Part shown: positions 30,901-40,119 of the stretch, in pieces
How the letters are laid out: the number at the start of each line of letters is the position of its first letter
Position numbering within the stretch: position 1 is the stretch's first letter
Assembly: GCA_052387955.1 (NCBI GenBank)
Contig: JBQTIQ010000017.1
Span: 8,319-72,318 of the forward strand
DNA: 64,000 nt
DNA from: Acidimicrobiia bacterium
Lineage (GTDB): Bacteria; Actinomycetota; Acidimicrobiia; Acidimicrobiales; JACDCH01
Reading direction: 5' to 3'
Made by a program: the position numbers and the translations under genes
Notes under the pieces: model-generated
The model's input: the letters and a program-made list of their open reading frames with translations, nothing else
Database searches by the model: none
Told to the model about the DNA's origin: nothing

Positions 30901-31635
30901 CTAGCACGGCTTGTCGGAGTAGACGACGAGGGACTTGCCCAGGACGGGGTTGGCCAGTGTCTCGATCACCCGGCTGACCGTCGCCACCGGCTCGGTGCCG
31001 GTGATGCCCCACACCAGGAGCTGGTGGTACGCCCGCACCAGGGGATGACCCTGGCGTTCGACGCCGACCGTGCACCTCAGCCACCAGTAGGGGGTGTGCA
31101 GGGCATGGGCGTGATGGGAGGCCCCGGGCTGTAGGCCGGCGGCCCGCAGCTTGGCCCGCAGCGCCGGCTCGGTGTAAATGCGGACGTGACCGCCGGCGAC
31201 GTAGGGGGCGTGGTACCGGGGCGACAGGGCCCAGCAGCCGGTCTCGGACAGCCACGCCGGCACGGTCACGGCCATGGTGCCGCCGGGGCGCAGGACCCGG
31301 GCCAGCTCCGCCACCGCGGCGCCGTCGTCGGGGATGTGCTCGAGCACCTCGGCGGCGATGACCCGGTCGAAGGCGCCGTCGGGGAACGGGAGCCGGGCGG
31401 CGTCGCCGTTCACGCCGGCACCGGCGCCGACGGGGCCCCGTGGCCCTGCCTCCTCCTCTAGGACGACGGCCATCACCGCCGCCACCTCGGCCAGTTCGGC
31501 CGCAGAACGGTCGAGGGCCACCACCCGAGCCCCCCGGCGCTGGGCTTCGAAGGCATGGCGGCCGGCCCCGCAACCGAGGTCGAGGACGATGTCGCCGGGG
31601 CCGACGCCGAGACGGTCGTAGCGGACCGTCAACAC
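30901..31635 (-). CDS. Class I SAM-dependent methyltransferase
   Basis: This is the 3' part of ORF 30901..31713. I set the start at GTG 31635, overlapping the GT4 stop. It has motif I (VLDLGCGAGRH), the post-I motif (VVALD), LPFPDGAFDRVIAAEVLEHI and LRPGGTMAV. Confidence 0.85.
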   Translation of the reverse strand: MLTVRYDRLGVGPGDIVLDLGCGAGRHAFEAQRRGARVVALDRSAAELAEVAAVMAVVLEEEAGPRGPVGAGAGVNGDAARLPFPDGAFDRVIAAEVLEHIPDDGAAVAELARVLRPGGTMAVTVPAWLSETGCWALSPRYHAPYVAGGHVRIYTEPALRAKLRAAGLQPGASHHAHALHTPYWWLRCTVGVERQGHPLVRAYHQLLVWGITGTEPVATVSRVIETLANPVLGKSLVVYSDKPC

Positions 31636-32903
31636 CGGGCTGTCGCCGCCGTCTCCTCCAGCAGGCCGCGGTACTGCTCGACGGTGCGATCGGCGGTGGT
31701 GCGCCAGCTCCACCGCTCGATCACGCGGCGCCGGCCTCGCAACCCGACGGTGGCCCGCAGCGCATGGTCAGCCAGGGCCTGGCGCAGCGCCCCGGCCAGA
31801 GCCTCGCTGTCGCCGGGGGCCACCAGCAGGGCGGTGTCGCCGTCGCCGCCCACGACCTCGGGAAGGGCACCCCCGGTGGTGGCTACGAGCGGGACGCCGC
31901 AGGCCATGGCCTCGATGGCGGGGAGCGAGAAACCCTCGTAGAGCGACGGCACCACGGCCACCTCGGCCTCGGCGTAGAGCTCGACGATGCGGTCCTCGGG
32001 GACGCCGGTGACGAAGGACACCCGGCCTTCGAGGCCCAGGCGGGCGATGGTCGCATCGCTCGCGCCGCCCGGCCGGCGCCGGCCGATCACGACCAGGTGT
32101 ACGTCGTCGCGCTCGGTGCGGAGCTTGGCCACCGCCTCCAGCAGGTAGCGCAGGCCTTTGAGGCTGACGTCGGCGGAGGCGGTGGTGACCAGCCGGCCCG
32201 GTACCGGGGCGACCTCGGGCCGGGGACGGAACGACGTCGTATCGACGCCGACCGGCACGACGTGCAGTCGGCGGGGGTCGACGCGGTGGTCGGTGACGAT
32301 GTCGCCGAAGGATGACTCGGACACGGTCACGATCCGGTGCAGCCGCCGGGCGACCCGGCCCTGCATGGCGGTGAACCCGTACCACCGTCGCAGCGTGAGG
32401 CGGCGGTAGCGGGTGGGGGCGTGGGCCATCTCCAGCCGACGGTCGACGGTGATGGGGTGGTGGATGGTCCCCAGGACCGGCAATCGGGCTTGGATGGGCA
32501 ACAACCCGTAGCCGAGCGACTGGTTGTCGTGCACGACATCGAAGTCGCGGTAGCGGTGGCGCAGGTGGTCCCAGGCCCGGAGGCTGAACGCCAACGGCTC
32601 GGGGAACTGGCCCGCGGAGAAGGCGGCCACCTCGACGTAGTCGGTCCAGCGCTTCAGGGCGCGCCATCCCGGCAGGCGCAACGGCGACTCGTCGTTGTAG
32701 AGGTCGAGGCTGGGCAGTCGTCGCAGGACCACCCGGTCGTCGAGTACCGGGTAGGGCTGGCCGCCCAGCACCTCGACCTGATGGCCCAGGTCGGACAAGG
32801 CCCCGGTCAGGTGGCGGGTATAGACGCCCTGGCCGCCGACGTGAGGTTGGCCCCGGTAGGCGAGGAAGGCGATGCGAAGGGAACGGTCCCCGCCCGCGGC
32901 CAT
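31629..32903 (-). CDS. Glycosyltransferase family 4 (GT-B)
   Basis: These are the last 424 codons of the artefactually long ORF 31629..34202. I set the start at ATG 32903 (MAAGGDRSLRIAFLAYRGQPHVGGQGVYTRHL...). The C-terminal block is SLYEGFSLPAIEAMACGVPLVAT. Confidence 0.85.
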   Translation of the reverse strand: MAAGGDRSLRIAFLAYRGQPHVGGQGVYTRHLTGALSDLGHQVEVLGGQPYPVLDDRVVLRRLPSLDLYNDESPLRLPGWRALKRWTDYVEVAAFSAGQFPEPLAFSLRAWDHLRHRYRDFDVVHDNQSLGYGLLPIQARLPVLGTIHHPITVDRRLEMAHAPTRYRRLTLRRWYGFTAMQGRVARRLHRIVTVSESSFGDIVTDHRVDPRRLHVVPVGVDTTSFRPRPEVAPVPGRLVTTASADVSLKGLRYLLEAVAKLRTERDDVHLVVIGRRRPGGASDATIARLGLEGRVSFVTGVPEDRIVELYAEAEVAVVPSLYEGFSLPAIEAMACGVPLVATTGGALPEVVGGDGDTALLVAPGDSEALAGALRQALADHALRATVGLRGRRRVIERWSWRTTADRTVEQYRGLLEETAATARC

Positions 32904-32937
32904 GAGCGCAGAGCCTGGCGGGGGGCCGGCCCGGGGG

Positions 32938-34452
32938 TCAACTGGGAGGCGGCGGGACGTCGTGCGCCGGCGTCGCCGGCCTCGACCTCGGCCCCCGGCG
33001 AAGGTCGAACAGCCATCCGCCGGCCGCCAGCACGGCCGCGACGCCCAGCGCGCCGCGGTCGCCGGCCCGGGTGGCCCAGGTCTGGCCGTCGCGGCGTTCG
33101 ACGGTGGCGAACAGGACTCGCTGTTCGCCGATGCCGGTGCGCTGGCGCACGTTCCCCCCGGGATCGATGACCGCGCTGAAGCCGGTGGGCGCCGCCTGCA
33201 GCACCCAGCGGCCGGTGGCCAGCGCCTGCAACCGTGACGAGGCCACTTGCTGGGTCTGGACCAGGGTCCCGGTGAACGAGGCCCCGTTGGTGGGGTTGAG
33301 CAACACCTGGCCGCCGTTGCCGATGGCGTCGCGGCCACGGTCGGGAAAGAACACCTCCCACGAGATCGCCACCCCGAAGCGGCCCGCCGGCGTGGTGAGG
33401 ACTGCCGGCTCGTCGCCGGGCACGGCGTCGCGGTCGACCAGCGTGTCAGGGGCCACCCGCTCCAGGACCGACCGGAACGGGACGTACTCGCCGAAGGGCA
33501 CCCGGCGCACCTTGTCGTAGCGGTCGATGAAGGTGCCGTCGGGGCCGATGGCCACATGGGCGTTGCGGAAGTGGTCGTCGTCACCGGGGATCCCCTCGAC
33601 CACGCCGGCGGTGACCGTGGTCCCCAGCCGGCGGGCCAGGGCGGCCAGCTCGTCGCCCTCGGGGGTGGTCTCGACCGGGCCCTCGACGTCGACCACGTCC
33701 TCGGGCCACAGCACCAGGTCCACCGGCGACGTGACCTGGCTGCTGGCGATGAGGTGCCGTTCGAGCACCTCGCGTCCCGCGGTGTCCTCGGCCCGGGTGC
33801 CCTGGGGGCCCCCGCCCTGGACCACGGCCACCCGGCGGCTGTCGACGGCGTGGCCGCGTGGCGCCACGGCGGCCAGGGCCAGTGCGAGCGCGACCGCGGT
33901 AGCGGCGGTCGCAGCCGGACGCCACCGGCGGGCGGTCGCCGCGCCGAGGGCGATGCCGGCGGCGCCCACCACCAGCGCCAGCCCCACCGTGCCCCCAACC
34001 CGGACGACGGGGGCCAGGGGGCCGCCGGCCTGGCCGATGGCCAGCGTGGACACCGGCACGCCTCCGAACGGCCATCGTCCTCGGACCGCCTCGACCAGGG
34101 CCCACAGGGCGGGAAGGGCCAACCACCGTCCCGGCGCCGACGCCGGCACCAGAGCGGCGCCGGTGCCGTACATCGCCGCGAACAGCAGCACCGCCAGGAC
34201 ATAGCCGGGCGGCGTGAACACCGCCATCCACGCCAGCGTGGGGACGAGGACGGCGGCCGCCAGCAGGAACCCCCGGCGGAACCGCGACCACGGCGGGGCG
34301 TCGGCGAGGAGGCGGTCCAGGATGGCCATGCCGCCGATGGCCAGCGGCCAGAACCCGAATGGGGGCAGCGCCAGTGCCAGCAGCCCTCCCCCCGCCACCG
34401 CTACCCCCGCCACTCCGGCGCGCGACGCGAGCAGGTCGGGCCAGCGGCTCAC
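32938..34452 (-). CDS. lnt: Apolipoprotein N-acyltransferase
   Basis: This is the 3' part of ORF 32938..35217. I set the start at GTG 34452. It has a multi-TM N-terminal half and a C-terminal nitrilase-fold half (VAVVQGG, LVLWPE, YDKVRRVPFGEYVP, GVAISWEVFF, LLNPTNGASF). Confidence 0.8.
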   Translation of the reverse strand: MSRWPDLLASRAGVAGVAVAGGGLLALALPPFGFWPLAIGGMAILDRLLADAPPWSRFRRGFLLAAAVLVPTLAWMAVFTPPGYVLAVLLFAAMYGTGAALVPASAPGRWLALPALWALVEAVRGRWPFGGVPVSTLAIGQAGGPLAPVVRVGGTVGLALVVGAAGIALGAATARRWRPAATAATAVALALALAAVAPRGHAVDSRRVAVVQGGGPQGTRAEDTAGREVLERHLIASSQVTSPVDLVLWPEDVVDVEGPVETTPEGDELAALARRLGTTVTAGVVEGIPGDDDHFRNAHVAIGPDGTFIDRYDKVRRVPFGEYVPFRSVLERVAPDTLVDRDAVPGDEPAVLTTPAGRFGVAISWEVFFPDRGRDAIGNGGQVLLNPTNGASFTGTLVQTQQVASSRLQALATGRWVLQAAPTGFSAVIDPGGNVRQRTGIGEQRVLFATVERRDGQTWATRAGDRGALGVAAVLAAGGWLFDLRRGPRSRPATPAHDVPPPPS

Positions 34453-34556
34453 CGCCCGGAGCCTACGAGGGCGCTCTCTTCGTCGTGGGAGTGCCCCGCA
34501 CCCGTACGCCGCCGAGCCGGCACGAGCACAACGACGCGACCAGCAGTGACGGCGAA

Positions 34557-35186
34557 TCAGGCTCGTGGGCGGGCGGTGCCGTCGAGTCGCCAGTAGGCCA
34601 CGATGCGCTCGACGGCCGAGCCAGGCGGGTGGCAGGCGAACATCGTCGCCGTGGCCTGGCCCGGCTTGTCCTCGACGATCTCGGTCTGCTCGGGGGACAC
34701 GATTGCGGTACCGGTCAACCGGTAGGTGAACCGTCCCTGGGGCGTGGTCACGATGGCCTCGTCCCCCGGTTTCAGCTGGTCGAGGTTGCGGAAGGGCTTG
34801 GTCTGGGTGACCCGATGCCCGGCCAGCACGAAGTTGCCGTTCTCGCCGGGCATGGCCGTCCCCGGCCAATGGCTGGGGCCGTGGGCGATGTTGCGGAGCT
34901 CGATCCCCTCGTAGATGTCGGTGTCGAGTTCGAGGGCGGGGATGCGCATATGGCCGATCACCGGCGTGTCGCCCTCGATGACGACCGGCACCGTCTGTTC
35001 GATGTCCGGGTTGAGGCTCGTCGAGGTGGGCAGTCCCGGCGCCAGCGAGTTGGCGCCGGGGAGCCCGCTCGTCGGCCCGGAGATCTTGGGGCCGGCGCAG
35101 GCCGTGAACAGGGCCAGGCTGGCGACGAGGGCCGCGCCCATCTGCAGGGCTGATCCAGCCCTCTTCGATCGGTTCTCGTCCTGCAC
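34557..35186 (-). CDS. Sortase-family transpeptidase
   Basis: ORF 34557..35186 with a GTG start. It has an N-terminal anchor, then LAGHRVT and the catalytic-Cys block ATATMFACHPPGS followed by ERIVAY. Confidence 0.8.
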   Translation of the reverse strand: MQDENRSKRAGSALQMGAALVASLALFTACAGPKISGPTSGLPGANSLAPGLPTSTSLNPDIEQTVPVVIEGDTPVIGHMRIPALELDTDIYEGIELRNIAHGPSHWPGTAMPGENGNFVLAGHRVTQTKPFRNLDQLKPGDEAIVTTPQGRFTYRLTGTAIVSPEQTEIVEDKPGQATATMFACHPPGSAVERIVAYWRLDGTARPRA

Positions 35187-35213
35187 GATGGTGTTCCTTA
35201 CCTTCCATCCCCG

Positions 35214-36566
35214 TCACGGTGCTGGCCCGGTCACGGTACCTAGTGCCCGAACCGCGGCGCGTGCACCCCTCCTACCGTCACGGATGCACGCCGGCACCCC
35301 CAGGCCGCGGAATGCGGCGCCGGCCAGCACCACCGTCGGTAGCTGTTCGGCGACATCCGATTCGACCTCGTCCACCAGGTCGAGGTGCCCCAGCCCGTAC
35401 TGGGGGAACGACCGGTCCCAGCGGCTCACCCGCACCTCGTCGGGCCGGGTGGTCACGTCCATGGTGGCGGTGAGCTCGCGGTGGACGGCGTCGACCAGGG
35501 CGCGGTCGTCGAGGCCGGCGATGCGTTCGTCGCCCAGGCGCCCGGCCGAAGCCCGTACGATGACCCGGCCGTCGTCGGGTGTGAGGTGGGGCCACTTGCT
35601 GGTGGCCCACGACACCGCGGTGACGAGCATGCCCTCGGTGCGGGGCACCAGGAAACCGCTGGCGTCGAGGGCACGGTCGACCGCCTCGGCGGAGTAGGCC
35701 AGGGTCACCACCGCCACCGACGCATAGGGCACGCTCGCCAGGCGGTCGGCAGCGGAGCGGGCGCCGGCCCGGGCCGCCAGCGGTGCGGCCAGGTGGGCGG
35801 GCAGGGCCACCACCACGGCGTCGGCGTCGAGCGCTCCCAGGTCGACGACGGGGGAACCTGTGCACACCCGGGCGCCGGCGGCGGCCAGGGCCCCGACGAG
35901 GGCGTGGACCAGTGCGCCCATGCCGCCGCGGGGGGCGTAGAAGAGCGGCGCAGCAGGATCGGAGGGCAGCTCGGCCCGCAGGGCGCCGACGAGGTCGGCG
36001 CTACGCTCGGCGGCCTCGGCCAGCCGGGGCGCCGCCGCTCGGGCCGACAGCCGGTCGCAGTCGCCGGCGTTGATCCCGCCCAGGAGCGGGTCGACCAGCC
36101 GCTCCAGCACGTCGTCGCCCAGCTGCTGGCGCACCAGGGCGCCGATGGTGATGTCGGCACCGGGAGCGAGGGGTGCCGGCGCCGGCCGGGCCGCCACCGG
36201 GCCTGGGACGATGCCCGAGGCGGCCACCGCCTCGAGGTCGGTGGGCACCCCGAGGACCAGCCCGGAGGGCAGCCGGCGCAGGGCACCGTCGCAGAAGACG
36301 TAGGCCGAACGTCGCGCCGGTGTCACCAGGTCGCCGGCGAGGCCGAGCTCCCGGCACAGGTCGACGGCCCACGGCAGCCGGGCGAGGAAGGCGTCGGCCC
36401 CCTCGTCCACGGGCCGTCCGGCGAAGGCGGTGGTGCGCACCTTGCCCCCCACCCGGCCGGCGGCCTCGTGCACGACCACCTCGACGTCGGGGGCCAGGCG
36501 GCCGAGCTCGTAGGCGGCGGCCAGGCCCGTGACCCCGCCCCCGACCACCGCCACCCGCCGGGTCAC
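35214..36566 (-). CDS. hemY: Protoporphyrinogen/coproporphyrinogen III oxidase (HemY/CgoX type, FAD)
   Basis: This is the 3' part of ORF 35214..36713. I set the start at GTG 36566 (VTRRVAVVGGGVTGLAAAYEL, a dinucleotide-binding fold at the N-terminus). It also has HEAAGRVGGKVRT and VDEGADAF. Confidence 0.85.
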   Translation of the reverse strand: MTRRVAVVGGGVTGLAAAYELGRLAPDVEVVVHEAAGRVGGKVRTTAFAGRPVDEGADAFLARLPWAVDLCRELGLAGDLVTPARRSAYVFCDGALRRLPSGLVLGVPTDLEAVAASGIVPGPVAARPAPAPLAPGADITIGALVRQQLGDDVLERLVDPLLGGINAGDCDRLSARAAAPRLAEAAERSADLVGALRAELPSDPAAPLFYAPRGGMGALVHALVGALAAAGARVCTGSPVVDLGALDADAVVVALPAHLAAPLAARAGARSAADRLASVPYASVAVVTLAYSAEAVDRALDASGFLVPRTEGMLVTAVSWATSKWPHLTPDDGRVIVRASAGRLGDERIAGLDDRALVDAVHRELTATMDVTTRPDEVRVSRWDRSFPQYGLGHLDLVDEVESDVAEQLPTVVLAGAAFRGLGVPACIRDGRRGARAAVRALGTVTGPAP

Positions 36567-36767
36567 CGGGGCACCGTCGCTTGGGGTCTCCCCCGGTGAC
36601 CCCTCGACCGGGTGAGCGCCAGCGAGCCGGGCGACGATGGGGCCCGGGGGCGCAGCCCCCGAACATGAACGGTCACCGGGACCCCGTCGCTTGTGGGCGC
36701 AGCTCCCGAGCATGAACGGTCACCGTGGCACCATCGCTCGGGCGCAGCCCGGGGCATGAACGGTCAC
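36563..36767 (-). repeat. Family-A repeat array (units of 44, 47 and 110 nt) filling the hemH-hemY gap
   Basis: The minus strand has GTGACCGTTCAT(G/T)... units beginning at 36767, 36723 and 36676. The 110-nt unit matches the 20.7-kb tandem unit (tcgaccggg.gagcgc.agcgagccgggcgacgatggggcccgggggcgcagcccccga.catgaacgg on the plus strand). Confidence 0.9.
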
Positions 36768-37681
36768 GCCATCCGCAGGCGCCCGGCGAGGGCGTCGAGG
36801 ACGATCGGGTCGGTGTTCAGGGCCCGGGTGCGGGCGAACCCGAGGCCGACCTCGTCGGCGCGTCGGGCGGCGGCGACGTCGAGGTCGTAGAGGAGCTCGA
36901 GGCCGTCGGCGGTGAACCCCTGGGGGCAGACGACGACGCCGTCGGCCCGGCCGGTGGCGGCCAGCTCGGTGATCACCTCGAGGATGTCGGGACCGCGCCA
37001 CTCGTCCCCGGTGCGTCCCGCCGACTGCCAGGCGATCCCCCAGTCGGCCCAGCGGTCGAGGCCCGCTTCGGCGCCGATGGCGGCGGCCGAGCGCGCCAGC
37101 TCGTCGGGATAGCGGTCCCCCTCGAGGACGCGCTCGGGCAGGGAGTGGGCGGTGAAGAGCACCTTGACCCGCCCGGCGGCCCCATTCCCGCCGGTGCGCC
37201 TGGCGAGCTCGGCGCGGGCCTCGGTGACGGCCGTGGCTTGGAAGCGGCGCCACTCGGGCAGGTCCCACCAGCTGCCTACCGTGGCCGCCTCGAGCCCGTG
37301 CTCGGCGGCGGCGGCCACGAGGCGGCCGGCGTACTCGCCCACCGAGCCTCGGCTGTCGTGGGGAGCGAGCACGATGCCGATCACCCGGTCGGCGCCGGCC
37401 TCCGCCACCACGGCCACGCCGTCCTCGATGAAGGGCGGGGAGTGCTTCTGGCCCGCGACCACCACGAACCCGGGGCCCAGGGCCTGGCCCACACGGTCGG
37501 CCTGGGCTTCGGTGATCCGGCGCAAGGGGGAGGTACCGCCGATGGCGTCGTAGCGCGAGCGCAGCTCGGCCAGCAGCTCGGCGGTGGGGGGCCGGCCCCG
37601 GCGGATGTGGGTGTAGTAGCGCTCGAGGTCGCCGGGTGAGACCGGCGAGCCGTAGGCCATCACCACCACGCCGGTCGTCAC
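36764..37681 (-). CDS. hemH: Ferrochelatase (coproporphyrin ferrochelatase type)
   Basis: This is the 3' part of ORF 36764..38074. I set the start at GTG 37681 (ATG 37660 is an alternative). It has the blocks VVMAYGSP, YDAIGG.SPL, LFTAHSLP and the C-terminal GFTADGLELLYDLD. Confidence 0.85.
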   Translation of the reverse strand: MTTGVVVMAYGSPVSPGDLERYYTHIRRGRPPTAELLAELRSRYDAIGGTSPLRRITEAQADRVGQALGPGFVVVAGQKHSPPFIEDGVAVVAEAGADRVIGIVLAPHDSRGSVGEYAGRLVAAAAEHGLEAATVGSWWDLPEWRRFQATAVTEARAELARRTGGNGAAGRVKVLFTAHSLPERVLEGDRYPDELARSAAAIGAEAGLDRWADWGIAWQSAGRTGDEWRGPDILEVITELAATGRADGVVVCPQGFTADGLELLYDLDVAAARRADEVGLGFARTRALNTDPIVLDALAGRLRMA

Positions 37682-37724
37682 GGCCGCCTCGCGGCCCTCG
37701 GCGATGCCGGCCCGGCCGCCACGC

Positions 37725-38801
37725 TCACCGTGACGTGCGGCCTTCGGTGTGTACCAGATCGACCAGCCGAGCGAGGGTGTCGGGGTCGGTCTCGGGCAGC
37801 ACGCCGTGGCCGAGGTTGAACACGTAGTTGGGTTCCCCCCCGCCCTCGGCCAGCACGTCGCGGGCCGCCGCTTCGACCGCCGCCCACGGGGCCAGGCACA
37901 CCGCCGGGTCGAGGTTGCCCTGCAGCGCGGTGCCGGGACGCACGGCGTCGACCCGCTGGCGGGCGAGTGACAGCGGCGTGCGCCAGTCGACGCCCACGAC
38001 GTCGGCGCCGGCCTCGGCGAAGAGCCCGAGCAGCTCACCGGTGCAGACACCGAAGTGGGCCCGGGGCACGCCAAGGTCGGCCACGGCGGCGAACACCTTG
38101 GCCGACGCCGGCAGCACCTGGCGCCGGTAGTCGGCCGGGGTCAACGCCCCCGCCCAGGAATCGAACAGCTGCACCGCCTGGGCGCCGCTGTCGACCTGGG
38201 ACCGCAGCGAGGCGATGGCCAGGTCGGCCAACCGGTCGAGCAGCTTCTCCCACAGTCCCGGATCGGTGCGCATCAGCGCCTTGGTGCGGGCGTAGACCCG
38301 TGAGGGGGCACCCTCGATCAGGTACGAGGCCACGGTGAAGGGGGCTCCGGCGAACCCGATCAGGGCTACATCGGGGCCGAGCGACTCGGCCACCAGTGAC
38401 ACCGTCTCGAGCACATAGGGAGTGTCGGCATCGGGGTCGAGCGGCCGCAGCCGGTCGAGGTCGGCGGCCGAGCGGAACGGCGCCTCCACCACCGGGCCGG
38501 TGCCAGGGGCGATGTCGACCCCGAAGCCGATGGCGGCGACCGGCACCACGATGTCGGAATAGACGATGGCGGCGTCCACGCCGTAGCGCCGTACCGGCTG
38601 AAGGGTGATCTCCGCTGCCAGTTCCGGTTTGCGGATGGCGTCGAGGATCGAGCCGTCGCCCCGCACCGCCCGGTACTCGGGCAGCGCCCGGCCGGCCTGG
38701 CGCATGAACCACACCGGCACCCGCCCGTGGGGCTCGCCCCGGCAAGCGGCCAGGAACGGTGCGGTGACCGCGTGCTCGATGGAGCCCGGCCGTTCGGTCA
38801 C
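37725..38801 (-). CDS. hemE: Uroporphyrinogen decarboxylase
   Basis: ORF 37725..38801 with a GTG start. It has [30 protein letters not shown], and the rest is family-typical. Confidence 0.95.
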   Translation of the reverse strand: MTERPGSIEHAVTAPFLAACRGEPHGRVPVWFMRQAGRALPEYRAVRGDGSILDAIRKPELAAEITLQPVRRYGVDAAIVYSDIVVPVAAIGFGVDIAPGTGPVVEAPFRSAADLDRLRPLDPDADTPYVLETVSLVAESLGPDVALIGFAGAPFTVASYLIEGAPSRVYARTKALMRTDPGLWEKLLDRLADLAIASLRSQVDSGAQAVQLFDSWAGALTPADYRRQVLPASAKVFAAVADLGVPRAHFGVCTGELLGLFAEAGADVVGVDWRTPLSLARQRVDAVRPGTALQGNLDPAVCLAPWAAVEAAARDVLAEGGGEPNYVFNLGHGVLPETDPDTLARLVDLVHTEGRTSR

Positions 38802-38821
38802 GGGCCTCCCCGTCCACCGGT

Positions 38822-38886
38822 ACGAGCGCCGGAGCGCCAGCGCATGCGGGGCCAGACCCCGCCTGCGGGGCCGGGGAACACCGACA
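38822..38886 (+). repeat. Family-B intergenic repeat, copy 2
   Basis: acgagcgccggagcgccagcgcatgcggggccagaccccgcctgcggggccggggaacaccgaca lies in the patatin-hemE gap. Confidence 0.85.
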
Positions 38887-38892
38887 ACACGT

Positions 38893-39858
38893 TCACGCCG
38901 CCAGCCGCGACACCAGGTTGGCGGCGGCGGGGTGCTCGAGGCGCTGGATCGTGCTGCGCCGGGCCTGTTCGGCCACCACCCGGCGCCGCTTGGGGTTCAT
39001 GCTGTTGGCCCCCATCACCACCGTGTCCTCGGCGGTCGGCTCGAGCAGCAGCACCGGCGTACCCGAGGCCCGCACCTGGCGGAGCTCCCGGTCCAGGGCC
39101 CACGACGCCAGCGCCCGACTGGCCATGTTGGGGATCGGCCGCAACGCCGAGCGAGCCGACGACATCGTCGACACCACCACGGCCAGGTCGAGCCCGATAC
39201 CGGCCACGAGGTCGGCGTTTGAAGGGGAGTGGGCGCCGCCGTCGACGTAGGTCCGGCCGCCGATGGCCACCGGGCGGAAGAATCCGGGGATGGCCGACGA
39301 GGCTTCCACCGCGGTGCCCACGTCGGGGGTGCTGGCGGGGTCGAGCGTGTCCCGGCCGAAGACCACCCGGGCGCCGTCGCCCAGGCGCAGGGCGCAGATC
39401 CACAAGGCCTCGTCGGGCCACGAGCGCCCTCCGTAGAGCCCTCGCACCCGTTCGCCGATGGGCTCGGTGGGCACCGACCCGGCCGGCATCAGCCCGGCCA
39501 GGGCGATCATCGGCCGAGGGTTCCACGGCGGGAACAGGGCCGCTGCCAGTTGGGGGGCAGCTGGCATCAACGCCCGGGGGATCAGCGGGTAGTCGGACCA
39601 GGACGGGCCTTCGTCGTCCCCCACGAGGCGCTGGCCCGCCGCCGACAGCGGCGTCCCGGTGGCCCGGGCGAAGTGGTCGGCCGGGGAAAGGCCGGCGCGC
39701 AGGGCTGCCCCGGCCACCGAGCCGGCCGACGTTCCCACCACCAGATCGGCGGCGCGGGCATCCCAGCCGGTGACCTCGGCCAACGCGGCCAGCGCACCGG
39801 CGTGGTACGCACCCCCGACCAGGCCGCCGGCGCCGAGTACGAGCCCCACGTACGGCAC
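38893..39858 (-). CDS. Patatin-like phospholipase
   Basis: These are the last 321 codons of the artefactually long ORF 38893..41655. I set the start at GTG 39858. It has the oxyanion motif GAGGLVGG, the nucleophile motif GTSAG and the Asp motif YVDGGAHS. Confidence 0.85.
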   Translation of the reverse strand: MPYVGLVLGAGGLVGGAYHAGALAALAEVTGWDARAADLVVGTSAGSVAGAALRAGLSPADHFARATGTPLSAAGQRLVGDDEGPSWSDYPLIPRALMPAAPQLAAALFPPWNPRPMIALAGLMPAGSVPTEPIGERVRGLYGGRSWPDEALWICALRLGDGARVVFGRDTLDPASTPDVGTAVEASSAIPGFFRPVAIGGRTYVDGGAHSPSNADLVAGIGLDLAVVVSTMSSARSALRPIPNMASRALASWALDRELRQVRASGTPVLLLEPTAEDTVVMGANSMNPKRRRVVAEQARRSTIQRLEHPAAANLVSRLAA

Positions 39859-40119
39859 GGCCCCATGGTGGCGGCCCGAGCCGGCCGGCACGAAATCGGA
39901 GGACGGCGGCGCCGGCCCCGGGCACGGCCGCAGGCCCCGATCCGACCAGCAGAAGCGACGGGCCCGACCGCCGCCGCCGTCGGCGGGCAAGCGCCGCGAG
40001 CGCCGATGCCGCGTCCGGGAGGGGCAGCGGGGCTGCTGGCAGCGTGCGGACGGCGCCGGCCGAGCGGAGCGAGGGCACCGCGGCACTAGGATGATCTGCC
40101 CGCTCGACAAGGACGTGGC

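Noticed and set aside
31629-35217. ORF-track calls of 857 aa (31629-34202) and 759 aa (32938-35217), and likewise 38893-41655, 27601-29757, 47615-49747, 14318-15607 and 26318-28126
   Set aside because: Only the 3' portions match protein families (GT4, Lnt, patatin, cupredoxin, ligase, WhiB, PQQ dehydrogenase). The 5' extensions run through neighbouring genes on the same strand and translate to Arg/Pro-rich nonsense. I re-set the starts at internal ATG, GTG or TTG codons with RBS or N-terminal motif support.
39859-40119. Rifamycin-associated element (RAE) type inverted repeat upstream of helD. The region contains GCAGC-GGG-GCTGC / GCTGC-TG-GCAGC dyads at about 40024-40044 and a TAGGAT -10-like hexamer at 40086-40091
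   Set aside because: I cannot recall the RAE consensus precisely enough to claim a match, and the dyads are short and GC-trivial. The TAGGAT is a plausible -10 element but is unsupported by a clear -35, so I have not listed it as a feature.
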